Shown piece by piece: positions 51,645 to 61,653 of a stretch of DNA of 64,000 bases. The stretch comes from a bacterium (GTDB lineage: Bacteria > Zixibacteria > MSB-5A5 > GN15 > FEB-12). The stretch lies in contig JBDRNJ010000004.1 in NCBI GenBank assembly GCA_043811375.1, forward strand, positions 104,538 through 168,537, in the 5' to 3' direction. The translations under genes and the position numbers were made by a program. The notes below the pieces were generated by a model, which saw only the letters and a program-made list of their open reading frames with translations, was not told the DNA's origin and made no database searches. Each line of letters opens with the position of its first letter. Position 1 is the first letter of the stretch.

Positions 51645-53189
51645 CTAGCAGGACTTTACCTTATTAGGTGACAGCACTGCAAGACTGATTGGTACTTCAA
51701 CTTCGTTCCGCACCAGCAGCACATTACCGGTCGCAGAAGTGGATGGATGGTAAGACCTCGCACTAAAGTGTCCGATTGGCGTATCTATTGATGGAGCAAC
51801 AACACCTCGGCTAGGCAGTGCATCACCGCCGCCTTCAATGGTCACCCCAAAAGCCGCCAATGTACTTACTCTGCAAGACTTGACAGCCAGAAGATGTTTG
51901 GCGATATCGACGGATAGGCTTATGTCGCTTTGTTTGGACGGAGCGTCAAGAGCCGATTGGCTGGTCGCCACGTTACAACCAGTAATGAGGAAAAGCAGGG
52001 CCAGCGCGTGGATGCCAGCAAATGCCCGTTGGAACATAACTCGAACAGGATTCTTCGGCTGCAAGCGCCCAAGAGCGGGTTTTGCCACTCGCTTAATCCG
52101 CTCGGCCTCACTGCTGCTAACCGAAATATTAAAGAGCTCTTTCAATCTCGATGCCCGACGCAGACGAAGCGTGTTCGCCCAGCTCTCTAAACGAGGATCG
52201 TCATTTTCACTGCCCATCCTGTGTACCCTATTTATGTCATCCTCAAGCGTTGTATCGATCTTGCCGATATCGAGCAAGATTTCCGCTCGAAATGCCCTGG
52301 CCTCTCCCTCCACCTCCCAGTCGTTGTTCTCTGTTGCCCACTCAATGACGCCGACCAGCCTTTCCACTGCAGCCTGCGAATCGCCACGACGTCCCTCAAC
52401 GTTAGCAATGTAGGCAAGCGAGAGTTGGGCCAAGTCCTCATACTTCCCGCCGTGCTCCCTGGCGAGCCTGATGGCTTCTTTCTGGTATTCAATTGCCTCT
52501 CCCCAGGAATCCCTCTTCTTAAGTCCCCCAAGCTGCACAATCGCTTGACCACAAATACTATTCGCGAAAATCAGTGCCTTCTCGTGCGGTTTCTCCAAGG
52601 TTGACACATACTTGGCCGACTTCAGAGCGTCTCTGGGCGCACCCCTGTGCAGGTCTGCGAGTGCCTTATTGATCTCAAGCCGGGATAGAACTTCATCTTT
52701 GAGGTCAGGAAGGTTGACAGCCGAATCGACCGTGTCCCAGGCCAATCCGAAACGAGAAAGATCAGTGTAGTACCGTGCCCTGAGCAACATCGCATCAGCG
52801 AGGAGATTCGAGTCATTTGACTCCCTCGCGAGATTCTCAGCTATCTTAATATAGGGATCAGCTTTCTTAGGCTGAGAAGGCGGACCACTAAGAAGACTAT
52901 GGGCCACATCTCGACACTCTTCGAATGAGTGTCCGTTCTCCACCCCTGGGCCTTCGTTACCGGAAACGTTCTGACGATCCCGACTGAGTTGCTGGTGAAG
53001 AAAAACAGAGTCAACATCGAGCACTCGAGAGAGAGAGTCAACCGCTGCATCAGAAGGGAGCAGTCGCCCTGATAGCCATTTCGAAACGGTTGATCGAGTC
53101 ACGCCCGCCATGCCCGCGAGTTTGGATTGGATGAGCCCAATGGCGTCCATCTCCCCCTGAAGCCATTCTCCGAAGTAAGACCTTTTCAT
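51645..53189 (-). CDS. XRE-HTH + TPR-like protein with hydrophobic lipobox-like internal segment
   Basis: QSKLAGMAGVTRSTVSKWLSG..LP HTH; helical repeats; ALALLFLITGC. Confidence 0.75.
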   Translation of the reverse strand: MKRSYFGEWLQGEMDAIGLIQSKLAGMAGVTRSTVSKWLSGRLLPSDAAVDSLSRVLDVDSVFLHQQLSRDRQNVSGNEGPGVENGHSFEECRDVAHSLLSGPPSQPKKADPYIKIAENLARESNDSNLLADAMLLRARYYTDLSRFGLAWDTVDSAVNLPDLKDEVLSRLEINKALADLHRGAPRDALKSAKYVSTLEKPHEKALIFANSICGQAIVQLGGLKKRDSWGEAIEYQKEAIRLAREHGGKYEDLAQLSLAYIANVEGRRGDSQAAVERLVGVIEWATENNDWEVEGEARAFRAEILLDIGKIDTTLEDDINRVHRMGSENDDPRLESWANTLRLRRASRLKELFNISVSSSEAERIKRVAKPALGRLQPKNPVRVMFQRAFAGIHALALLFLITGCNVATSQSALDAPSKQSDISLSVDIAKHLLAVKSCRVSTLAAFGVTIEGGGDALPSRGVVAPSIDTPIGHFSARSYHPSTSATGNVLLVRNEVEVPISLAVLSPNKVKSC

Positions 53190-53631
53190 TGTTTCTCTCC
53201 TGATTAAATAAGTGTTTCCATCATCTGAATGCAATTGCTTCTAGAACTAATATACATGTGTTTACAAGAATGTCAAGAAGAAATTGTAACCTATTGTTAG
53301 CTATTAGAATAGAGACTACAACATGGTTCTTTACTATCGAGTTGATTGATGCTAACTAGTCCTGATGATTGTAGATAGACTATACCTCGTGAGACATTTG
53401 GTGATATCTGGTGAGTCACAATATGGAGGTTGGTTTGTCTCGCAAACAGTTGCGATCATTTAGGCTGAAGACGCTGGTCTTGGAATTAGCCGAGACCCTG
53501 GATAGCAATGTCATATCGTGAATCTGATGTGCCGAGGTCGACGTTCTACCGATGGAAATAGGCGTATGCCGAACAGAGGAAGCCGGTCTGCTACTGAAGA
53601 AACCTGTCGCCAAGGGCCATCCGCGGCCGCG

Positions 53632-53808
53632 GAGGACCTGGTGTTTCTAGTGGACTATCGCTTTGGCGGCGCACCTATGACAACTTGTCTGGAGGAAGGC
53701 AATGTTGACGGTTTAATTGGCCCTGTTGGTGCGGTCGACGTGTCCGACTTGACGTACCTCGTGGCCTACCTTTTTAGCGGAGGTCCACCTCCGCCACCGT
53801 GCCCAGAA
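53632..53808 (+). pseudogene. orphan dockerin-like 3' gene fragment
   Basis: EDLVFLVDY..EEGNVDG..VDVSDLTYLVAYLFSGGPPPPPCP with no upstream gene body. Confidence 0.75.
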
Positions 53809-53849
53809 TATCGAGCCATACAGCGGAACAACGTCATCTAATCAAGGAT

Positions 53850-54923
53850 TCAACCAGCCAACAACGCCCCAGCCCTTCTCTCCAAATTGACCCTTTTGTC
53901 AACGTGAGCCATATCCCGAGCATAGGCTGTGAGGCCCTGGACCATGCCCCAGAGGTTTGTTACATCCTCACCCTCTGCGGTGCCTGTGACCCACGCTCCA
54001 GAGACTTCCTTTTTTGTGAATGGCTTGGCTTTGAACCAGGCTAGTGTATCTTCAAGGCTATTGCCAATGCGCATTTCCATTGCCCTATCAGCTGTGACCC
54101 TGATCGAATCATCCAGGCCTGTATTCTCTGCAAATCTATTGAGAAGCGGTAAAGCTGCGTGATAGAAGTGCTGCGGAGCATGGCTTCTGTGATAGATCTT
54201 CATTTCCTTGACGTTTTCAGCACCCCAGACAATATGGTTGCCACACACATAGTTATAGAGGAATGTTGTTAAACCAAAGGTTGAAGCTCCAGTCTCGGAG
54301 TTCCAGATAAAGAAGCCTCTGCCGAGTCTGGCATTGCCTATTTCTACTGGGTTTTCATCATTAACCATGAATGCAAACATGTCGTGATCTGAGGCATACA
54401 AACCGCTGTTTTCTGATTTGTTTGAAGAACGAGCAGGAGGAACCCGCCATGAAGTGCCTTGAACAGCTCCTTTTAAACTCCTGACAACATCAGCATCCCA
54501 TATCCGTCCATACGAGGCGCTTGTGAATGCAGATGCCCATAAATATGACGGATCGTTGGTTTCTGGGAATTCCTCTCTGACTAGAATCTTACTATTGGCG
54601 TCTGATCTCTTCAGACCGTGCTGAAGGCAGTCTTTTGCCATATCTGGCGGGAGAGTTCTCAGATAACTGGCAGGAGCCTCAATGTTCCGACACAATTGCC
54701 CGAATGCCCAATTGGAAAGGAGTGCATGTTGGGCATTTCCGTTCAGAGCAACTGCTCCTTCAGGAGTTACTGTAAGTGGAAGATCCTGCAGGGATTGTAG
54801 TAGCTCCTTCGAATTTTGCTTTCTGTCGAGGGTAAAGGAGTACAGCTCATCTAGATTGGCAAACCTCTGGTCAGGTGGTCTTGTTGCCCATTGTCTGTGT
54901 GCATCATAAAGGTTCTGTGGCAT
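53850..54923 (-). CDS. DUF932-like mobile-element protein
   Basis: QWATRPPDQRF, WAFGQLC, LYASDHDMFAF, GFFIWNSE.G, VCGNH. Confidence 0.75.
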   Translation of the reverse strand: MPQNLYDAHRQWATRPPDQRFANLDELYSFTLDRKQNSKELLQSLQDLPLTVTPEGAVALNGNAQHALLSNWAFGQLCRNIEAPASYLRTLPPDMAKDCLQHGLKRSDANSKILVREEFPETNDPSYLWASAFTSASYGRIWDADVVRSLKGAVQGTSWRVPPARSSNKSENSGLYASDHDMFAFMVNDENPVEIGNARLGRGFFIWNSETGASTFGLTTFLYNYVCGNHIVWGAENVKEMKIYHRSHAPQHFYHAALPLLNRFAENTGLDDSIRVTADRAMEMRIGNSLEDTLAWFKAKPFTKKEVSGAWVTGTAEGEDVTNLWGMVQGLTAYARDMAHVDKRVNLERRAGALLAG

Positions 54924-54961
54924 TCAAATTGGAATATCTGTTTCTTTATTTGCTTTGTGCC
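54924..54961 (-). promoter_or_regulatory. archaeal-type BRE/TATA-like leaderless promoter
   Basis: GGCACAAAGC-AAATAAAG, 28 nt from motif end to ATG, no SD. Confidence 0.5.
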
Positions 54962-55216
54962 TGTTTAGAGGTGGAACGCTGGAGAAAAAGAAAAAGAAAA
55001 AGGCCTGGCAGCCATCCTTACTGCCTTGTCATCACAAGACCCGACCCGTAATAATTCTCCAGCCCATGCCGATAATAAAATTATAGAGCCCCCGGCCGGC
55101 GAAGACCATTGGTATAATATGTTGGAATACAATCACTTCTGGGGCCAGAAATTGAGCCTATTTAATCTGGTTGCGATCTCAAGCGCCGAAGAGTAAATTC
55201 TGTCACAATATGCGTT

Positions 55217-56449
55217 ATGATTTGTTCCAAACATTTAAGTACAGTGGAGTCATGTAGTTCCATGAGGGGAAGTCGCTTGGACGCTGATGTCATTGTACTT
55301 GGGGCGGGAATCGCCGGTTTACTTATAGCAAGTGAGCTATCGAAACAGGCATCAGTAATCGTCATCGAGAAAGAGTCCTCAATCCCAAAAAACAAATATT
55401 GGCTCACCAACAAGCGAAGCGTTAGCCTGAATCCCGAACTGAAGCATTGTATTGACAGCCATTATGGATTCATTGATATTAGTTGCTACGATGAAACCTC
55501 CTTTAGATGTGAAGGAGACTTCTATCTTTGGGATACCGACAAACTACTTCAGCACTTGCGAGCTGTGATTGATAGGAACGACGGTCAAATCCTAACGGGA
55601 GTTACGTTTGAGTCACATGAATGTTTTGATGATTATGTAGAAGTCCGATCCGAGAGATTAACGTTTCGTTGCGCGCTAATAATTGATTGCATGGGTTTTG
55701 GTTCACCAATAATCAATGGTAACAAGATACTAAACGCTACCGGATATTACATCCTTTACGGAAAGACCCTCAAATTGAAGAAGCCATTGGATCCAATTGG
55801 CTTCTGCAATCCAGTTAAGCAACCTAAGGCAACTTATTTTGAGGCTTTTCCGACCTGTGAAGGAAATGCTCACTGTGTCATCATTGCTGCTGAATCACAG
55901 CCTTACCCATGGATGAATCTCAAAGCTGAATTTGAAAAGATGATAGAGGATTCGTGGCTTTCTGCAATACTTGACTCCAAGTCAGTCTCAACTGCAGAAT
56001 TGGGCGGCATCATACCGATAGGCGAGTTGGACATGACCGCCATGAATCGCTTGCTTTTCTTCGGAGAATCGAGGCAACTTAATCCAGCTTCCACGGCTAC
56101 TGCGCTCACACGTATGCTATACACATACAAGAAGCTATCACAACAAGTGATCGAAAGGCTGCAGTCAAATAAACTCTCGATGAAACATCTGGATGCCATC
56201 GATGTGACATTTCTATCATCATTCAATCGCAAATTTCAATTGAATGTGTTCAAAGAGTCACTAAGCTGGGATTCCGATCAGTTCAAGAGGTTAGTTAGAC
56301 AAATGCAGAATCTTGGTAGTGAAATGGTATATGATATTCTGTTCGGAGACCTGGAAGCTCGCAGCGTTCTTGATCCAACTACGCTCTTACACTTGATAAG
56401 GTCCCGCAATTCAGTTCTATTGAGAAATGCTGCTCGGGCGCTGTTTTAG
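55217..56449 (+). CDS. FAD-dependent oxidoreductase, lycopene cyclase/geranylgeranyl reductase-like (start may be 55262)
   Basis: DVIVLGAGIAG, IIDCMG, GGIIP, FGES. Confidence 0.75.
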   Translation: MICSKHLSTVESCSSMRGSRLDADVIVLGAGIAGLLIASELSKQASVIVIEKESSIPKNKYWLTNKRSVSLNPELKHCIDSHYGFIDISCYDETSFRCEGDFYLWDTDKLLQHLRAVIDRNDGQILTGVTFESHECFDDYVEVRSERLTFRCALIIDCMGFGSPIINGNKILNATGYYILYGKTLKLKKPLDPIGFCNPVKQPKATYFEAFPTCEGNAHCVIIAAESQPYPWMNLKAEFEKMIEDSWLSAILDSKSVSTAELGGIIPIGELDMTAMNRLLFFGESRQLNPASTATALTRMLYTYKKLSQQVIERLQSNKLSMKHLDAIDVTFLSSFNRKFQLNVFKESLSWDSDQFKRLVRQMQNLGSEMVYDILFGDLEARSVLDPTTLLHLIRSRNSVLLRNAARALF

Positions 56450-56462
56450 GTACTTAACTTGC

Positions 56463-57059
56463 TTACGGAATGTAGTGTGTTAATACAAGCGCGAGAATTG
56501 TTCCCAAAACAACATTTCCTGCAAGCAATAGGTAAAGAACCCAGTGCTTTCTCATTTCCGTCACTTTTTCCACAAAGCCTTCTCTGAGTATAAGTGGCTC
56601 CATCGCAACGTGTAGACCAATCATGTTGATTCCTGCAATGGCTTCGATCGTGATCTTTAGGAACGCGTATGGGATTGTAATGATTCCGAATATCGCCTCA
56701 GATCCAGTAATGCCGGCTTCTGCAAACAGAATTCCTGTGATTACAATAAACGCAACTCGTGCAATCCCCTTATGAGTATCCTGAATGAGCTTAGCTGGAT
56801 CGGCTGTTAGACCAAATAGTTTAAGACACCAGTACCAGACAGTCTTCCCGAGTACATAAAACACAAGTATGAAAAGAATGACGACTAATATAGAAATCAG
56901 AATTAACCGTATCGAGACAATGATCTCTTGCAGTTCATCCAAGACAACTATCTTATTTATGTCCCAGGTGAGATGCCCTACTAAGGCTACCAAGAAAAGA
57001 ACGGATAGTATGGCTAAGACGCCGATGAATTTTCCGAAGAATATCTTGATTTTGGCCAT
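56463..57059 (-). CDS. hypothetical multi-pass membrane protein
   Basis: About five hydrophobic segments; SD AGGAGG. Confidence 0.7.
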   Translation of the reverse strand: MAKIKIFFGKFIGVLAILSVLFLVALVGHLTWDINKIVVLDELQEIIVSIRLILISILVVILFILVFYVLGKTVWYWCLKLFGLTADPAKLIQDTHKGIARVAFIVITGILFAEAGITGSEAIFGIITIPYAFLKITIEAIAGINMIGLHVAMEPLILREGFVEKVTEMRKHWVLYLLLAGNVVLGTILALVLTHYIP

Positions 57060-57162
57060 TTTGTAAACCTCCTGAGAGTCGCAAACCCTTGCTTATTGGG
57101 GTTCACTTTTCATCAGAAAGGTGAACTCCTCTCAAGCTTCAATTCTCGTTGAATATGCACAT

Positions 57163-57191
57163 AGTATAGCCAATTTCGTCGGATCTGTCAA
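57163..57191 (-). promoter_or_regulatory. near-consensus sigma70 promoter
   Basis: TTGACA-17 nt-TATACT. Confidence 0.75.
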
Positions 57192-57421
57192 ATGACAATT
57201 CCACTTGTTGGGAAGTCTATTTGACTGTGGTCAGGATTGCCATCCACAGTAGAAAATAACAGTACGGCACCTGTGGGCTTCTCCACCTAATCTGATTGTA
57301 AGACGTATTCTCGCCAGCTTTCACAGCGATGGCAACACCTTTCGTCGAGTGGCGGCCCCTGCAGACACCTTATCTGCTGGCCACCTAAAGACTTATAAGC
57401 CTTAATCACTCATCCCATCAA

Positions 57422-58108
57422 ATGAAGACCATTATTGCCAAGTTCATCAAACTGATGAAAGGTGCACCTCCCGGAAAGGTCATGAACAGCAAGCCTAAAT
57501 GGATCATTGACGAGAGTAAGTATCTCAATGAATCTGAAGTAGCCAGGCTACGGCAGGCAGCCAACAGGCTGCAGTCCACTGGCCTCAGGCAGTCCAAGTT
57601 CAGCCTCGTGAGGACCTGTTTTATGCTCGAACTCGGACTTCAGGCAGGCTTACGAGTCAGTGAGATGGCTGCCTTGAAACACCAGGCTCTTTTGTTGGAC
57701 AACGGCCGGTCGTCCATTCTTGTCAACGGCAAAGGCAACAAAACTCGACCAGTCTGGATCAGTTTGGCATTCAAAAAGGCCTGTTTCAAATACAGCGCAG
57801 ACAAGGAGAGTTTTAACTACAGCACTGACGGCGATTCCTGCCTACTGAATAACCTGCAAGGAGAGGGGATTTCAAAGCGGGCATTACAAAAAGCATTCAA
57901 GCAGCTGCTCGAGTTGGCAGGCTTGCCTATGTCTTATCACATACACTGCCTCAGACACACCTACTCCACTTTTCTCCTGAGAGCCAGTAATAACAACTAT
58001 CGCTTTGTACAGCAGCAGCTCGGCCATGCCTCGATTCGCACAACTCAGGTGTATGCGGGAGTCATGGAGTCTGAAGGGAGGAAAGCTGTTGAGAAGCTAT
58101 ATGGATGA
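57422..58108 (+). CDS. short tyrosine recombinase (catalytic domain only)
   Basis: GLRVSE, GKGNK, HCLRHTY, QLGH, TTQVY; TTATAAG begins 29 nt before the ATG. Confidence 0.9.
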   Translation: MKTIIAKFIKLMKGAPPGKVMNSKPKWIIDESKYLNESEVARLRQAANRLQSTGLRQSKFSLVRTCFMLELGLQAGLRVSEMAALKHQALLLDNGRSSILVNGKGNKTRPVWISLAFKKACFKYSADKESFNYSTDGDSCLLNNLQGEGISKRALQKAFKQLLELAGLPMSYHIHCLRHTYSTFLLRASNNNYRFVQQQLGHASIRTTQVYAGVMESEGRKAVEKLYG

Positions 58109-58170
58109 ATGGACTTGAGGTCAAAAACCAACAATAGATATGATAAATCATCTGATATAGGGAGAAGGTC

Positions 58171-59133
58171 ATGAACTCTGCAGGGAAAACAACATTGTTA
58201 TCTGTATTGTTGAGCACGCTTTTTCTTGCACAAAGTTGCAGCGAGAATGACAATAAGGACAACAATCCGGTAAATGGAAATCAGGAACTCATCAGCACCC
58301 CGAATAGACCAGGCGGCCCAGGCACTGGTCAACCAAGGGAAAATCTTACCTACACTGCTGGAGGAGCATCCAGCAATCTCGGACATAATCTTCAGTATCG
58401 ATTTGACTGGGGAGACGGTAATTACTCAGCCTGGTTGTTCTCAACAAGTGCAACTCATTCATGGTATGACATAGGTACATACTATATAAGAGTGCAAGCC
58501 AGATGCGCATCTCACACTGGTAATTCTTCTGACTGGTCTGGAACTAAGTCAGTTTCAATAGACCGAGGCTTGAGAACCCTAACACTCAACCCAACAGCAG
58601 ATGCGTATGTGAGTTCTGGTGACTACTCTCTGAACGAAAACTATGGTGGTGATGTCAATCTTTGTACAGGCAATCACAATTACGGTGCTTATGTAGCTGA
58701 GTACTGGTCTTTTGTTAAGTTTGATCTGTCAAGCCTTCCGAGCAATGCAGACATTCAATCGGCTAATCTCCGACTTATCTCTGGAAGGAATAACATACTT
58801 GACACTATATGGGCGACAGTGACAGTGTCCGCAATCCTTGGGGGGTCCTGGTCTGAGTATGGTGTGACCTACATGAACATGCCCAGCAGTTACTATTACC
58901 TTTTCGCAAGAGATGTTCCCTTTGGCAATTTCACAGAGTCTCGCTTGTGGAACATTGCGACTGCATTAGAAAAATGGATCTCAGGAGAATGGACAAACCA
59001 CGGCTGCGTTATCAGATCCCACAGTATTCACTCTGGCGGCAATCCCAGATACTATGATTGCTGCTTTTATTCGCGAGACCTGTCTACTGGAGGCGCAGGA
59101 CCTCAGTTGATCATAGAATACTATGAACAATAA
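58171..59133 (+). CDS. lipoprotein with PKD-like and DNRLRE-like domains
   Basis: Lipobox-like AQSC; YRFDWGDG; PTADAYV...FVKFDLS...GPQLIIEY. Confidence 0.75.
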   Translation: MNSAGKTTLLSVLLSTLFLAQSCSENDNKDNNPVNGNQELISTPNRPGGPGTGQPRENLTYTAGGASSNLGHNLQYRFDWGDGNYSAWLFSTSATHSWYDIGTYYIRVQARCASHTGNSSDWSGTKSVSIDRGLRTLTLNPTADAYVSSGDYSLNENYGGDVNLCTGNHNYGAYVAEYWSFVKFDLSSLPSNADIQSANLRLISGRNNILDTIWATVTVSAILGGSWSEYGVTYMNMPSSYYYLFARDVPFGNFTESRLWNIATALEKWISGEWTNHGCVIRSHSIHSGGNPRYYDCCFYSRDLSTGGAGPQLIIEYYEQ

Positions 59134-59139
59134 GAGACA

Positions 59140-59679
59140 ATGAACATGTCTGACAGAAACAGATGTGAAAAGATCATGATCAAGGGGATTGGTATGATGT
59201 CTTTGACTGCGCTACTAGCAGCTTTCATATTGGTGTGTTCTGGGTTTGTTCTTGGTTGTGGAGGTGATGATCCACCGACAGGTAATGATCAGATAGACTA
59301 CAATGCTCAGAAGCAGGGAATAGTCGAGCTCTATCACTTGTGGTCAGAGAAACTTAAGCTTCAAGACTATGACGGTGCTATTAACCTGACCACACCTGGC
59401 GCAGGTGCCTTTCGTTTTACCCAGACCGCCAAAGAAGCATGGGACAGAGGAGATGTGAACTACTGGGAATTCTCCTACATTCTGGCAAACTGGAATGCTG
59501 ACTACGCAGAAATGGGTTACGCCGAGGTTTATGGTAACGTCGTATTCTATCAGTATAGTTCGTCCTCTGGTGAATTGATTGACTCAATGGGCTTTGCTTC
59601 AAAATGTCAGCGCCAAGGAGATAAATGGAGAATCGATACTTTCAGGTGGGACTATGAGCTGTATTGGTGGACAAGATGA
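59140..59679 (+). CDS. putative lipoprotein, NTF2-like
   Basis: Hydrophobic leader and VLGC lipobox. Confidence 0.6.
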   Translation: MNMSDRNRCEKIMIKGIGMMSLTALLAAFILVCSGFVLGCGGDDPPTGNDQIDYNAQKQGIVELYHLWSEKLKLQDYDGAINLTTPGAGAFRFTQTAKEAWDRGDVNYWEFSYILANWNADYAEMGYAEVYGNVVFYQYSSSSGELIDSMGFASKCQRQGDKWRIDTFRWDYELYWWTR

Positions 59680-59753
59680 TCTCATAAAATGTCACAAAAC
59701 TCTGTCAACCGAGGCATGGGTCATCACAACACAAGAACAGCAAGACTTGCCTT

Positions 59754-60638
59754 TTACAGTCTACCACAGCACTGCTTGTATTTCTTGCCGCTTCCGCACG
59801 GACAGGGATCATTGCGGCCCACTCTTTCTGCCTTCACTGGTGTGCCAGCAGAGGTCTGTGGCTTGTCATAGACACTAAAGTCAGCATAACGCAAAAGGCT
59901 CCTGTCCAGTTGCTCTACTTTTTTGTCAAACTGAGGATGATCCAGTGGAATCCTTTCTCTGAGCAAAACCAGGGATTCACGTGCATCTATATAGGCACCC
60001 ACAAGTGGGTCTTCGAACCTCATCCCCTTGGCAAAGGGGTTGATACGATTGTTGTTTAGGTACTTGGCAGCATCGCTGACATAGCGTTCTACAATTGGCA
60101 AAAAGCTCTGATCACCATAGTCAGCCATCAGCAGCACTGCTTCATCTGAATCAACAACCAGGTGGTCAAGTAAGGCTTTGTGTATCCTTTGATCCTTAAT
60201 GCCCAGATTGGCAAGTACCCAAATCCATGTTGACGCGTATTCAGGATTGTCTCGATCCTCTTGATACCTCTGGCAAGCAGGTTCCAGAGCCGGCAAACCC
60301 ATTCCCTCGAGCGCATTCATGGTTGCGCTATAAATATAAGTGTCGAAATTGCCTTTAACACGATCCAGTATTTCTATCAGTGGCCCGACGGCCTTCTCTG
60401 TCCTCAGTTCACCCAGCAGTTTACAGGCATGTATTACTCCCCATTCCAGATTACGATCCCAATCATCTCGAGAATCTGACTCAGTGATAAGTGTCTTGAG
60501 TTTGTCAACAAGGAAGTCGATGAGCTGTTCTTGGTCAGGGTATTCTCTGAGCTTCTTCAGAAGCAACTGTGAAGGCTTGTACTTGCAGACCCTAGCAAAC
60601 AAGCTCTCCAGATCGCTTTCAAGTTTCTTTCTTACCAT
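59754..60638 (-). CDS. HEAT-repeat protein with SEC-C motif
   Basis: [36 protein letters not shown]. Confidence 0.85.
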   Translation of the reverse strand: MVRKKLESDLESLFARVCKYKPSQLLLKKLREYPDQEQLIDFLVDKLKTLITESDSRDDWDRNLEWGVIHACKLLGELRTEKAVGPLIEILDRVKGNFDTYIYSATMNALEGMGLPALEPACQRYQEDRDNPEYASTWIWVLANLGIKDQRIHKALLDHLVVDSDEAVLLMADYGDQSFLPIVERYVSDAAKYLNNNRINPFAKGMRFEDPLVGAYIDARESLVLLRERIPLDHPQFDKKVEQLDRSLLRYADFSVYDKPQTSAGTPVKAERVGRNDPCPCGSGKKYKQCCGRL

Positions 60639-60884
60639 AACTCAACGTCACCTAATTGCAAATGAACAACTCAAAAACATGTGTCATTTCATAGAATACG
60701 GCAAGCTGTTTATTCGCAACCTGAATCTTACCAAGAGGCGGTAGCTGACTGGTCAGATCCGTTTCTCGACTTTGACGAATGACTCAGATCAAATACTATC
60801 CTCGAAAGCACTGGAGTATCCTCTCTGATCAACCAGAATGGATGAAGTCACATCTTTTATAAAGTCTCAGTTCTTTGACCTTTC

Positions 60885-61202
60885 ATGTACAGGGTAATTG
60901 GGACTGAGACTTATCTTCGAGAGATAGATAAATGGACAAAAGCAGATCAGGAAGCAGCAGAAAAGATCCCAACGAAATTAGCTGATAATCCGTTTGCTGG
61001 TGATCCATTAGGCTACCGCTATCTGCGAGAGAAAAGGATCAGAGAAAGGCGAGTCTACTTTCTGGTCTACGAGGACTTAAGACTTGTATTGCTGGTAGCT
61101 GCGAGTAACAAGAAAAAACAACAGGCAACCATCAATCACATAAAGACGCATTTGGATGAATTCAGAACCATTGCCCAGAAACTCATTAGGCAAGCTGCTT
61201 AA
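60885..61202 (+). CDS. RelE-superfamily toxin
   Basis: LADNPFAGDPLGYRYLREKRI..RRVYFLVY; TTATAAA begins 28 nt before the ATG. Confidence 0.75.
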   Translation: MYRVIGTETYLREIDKWTKADQEAAEKIPTKLADNPFAGDPLGYRYLREKRIRERRVYFLVYEDLRLVLLVAASNKKKQQATINHIKTHLDEFRTIAQKLIRQAA

Positions 61203-61320
61203 ATCTTCCTTTTTCTAGATCGTGTTTACTGTTGACGAACTGCCCGACAAGGTCAAAGTCAATTTCCTCTAGCTCTTTGAGTCGTTCATACTCCTTTCTG
61301 CTGATTGTGATTGTTTCCAT
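61186..61320 (-). CDS. putative 44-aa antitoxin, convergent with RelE
   Basis: METITISRKEYERLKELEEIDF...DLEKGR; GAAAAATATATAAA with TATA 29 nt before the ATG. Confidence 0.7.
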   Translation of the reverse strand: METITISRKEYERLKELEEIDFDLVGQFVNSKHDLEKGRFKQLA

Positions 61321-61653
61321 GTTCAAGCCAGGAACTTGAGGTTTATATATTTTTCTGAGGGTTAGGCAAAGACGGTTGGTGAACGACCCTGACACAGCGG
61401 GGCTTCGCTAAGTTGCTGTGGTCGACTAAAACCGCTGTGTGCTGGGCATTTCGGAATATCCCCCCGACTGTACGTCGTCAAATAACATGCAGCGCCAGAT
61501 ACAAAGGCAAGAACACCCTTCTTGTCGAGGCAACCACATTCTGGTATTCGCCTGTTTGCCCTTATGAGAGCACACACCAGACACCCCAATCCCGCAACCC
61601 CTTCAAATCCCCCCTTTTAAACATTTCCATACTAGTTGTCGTGCCTCAAAAGT

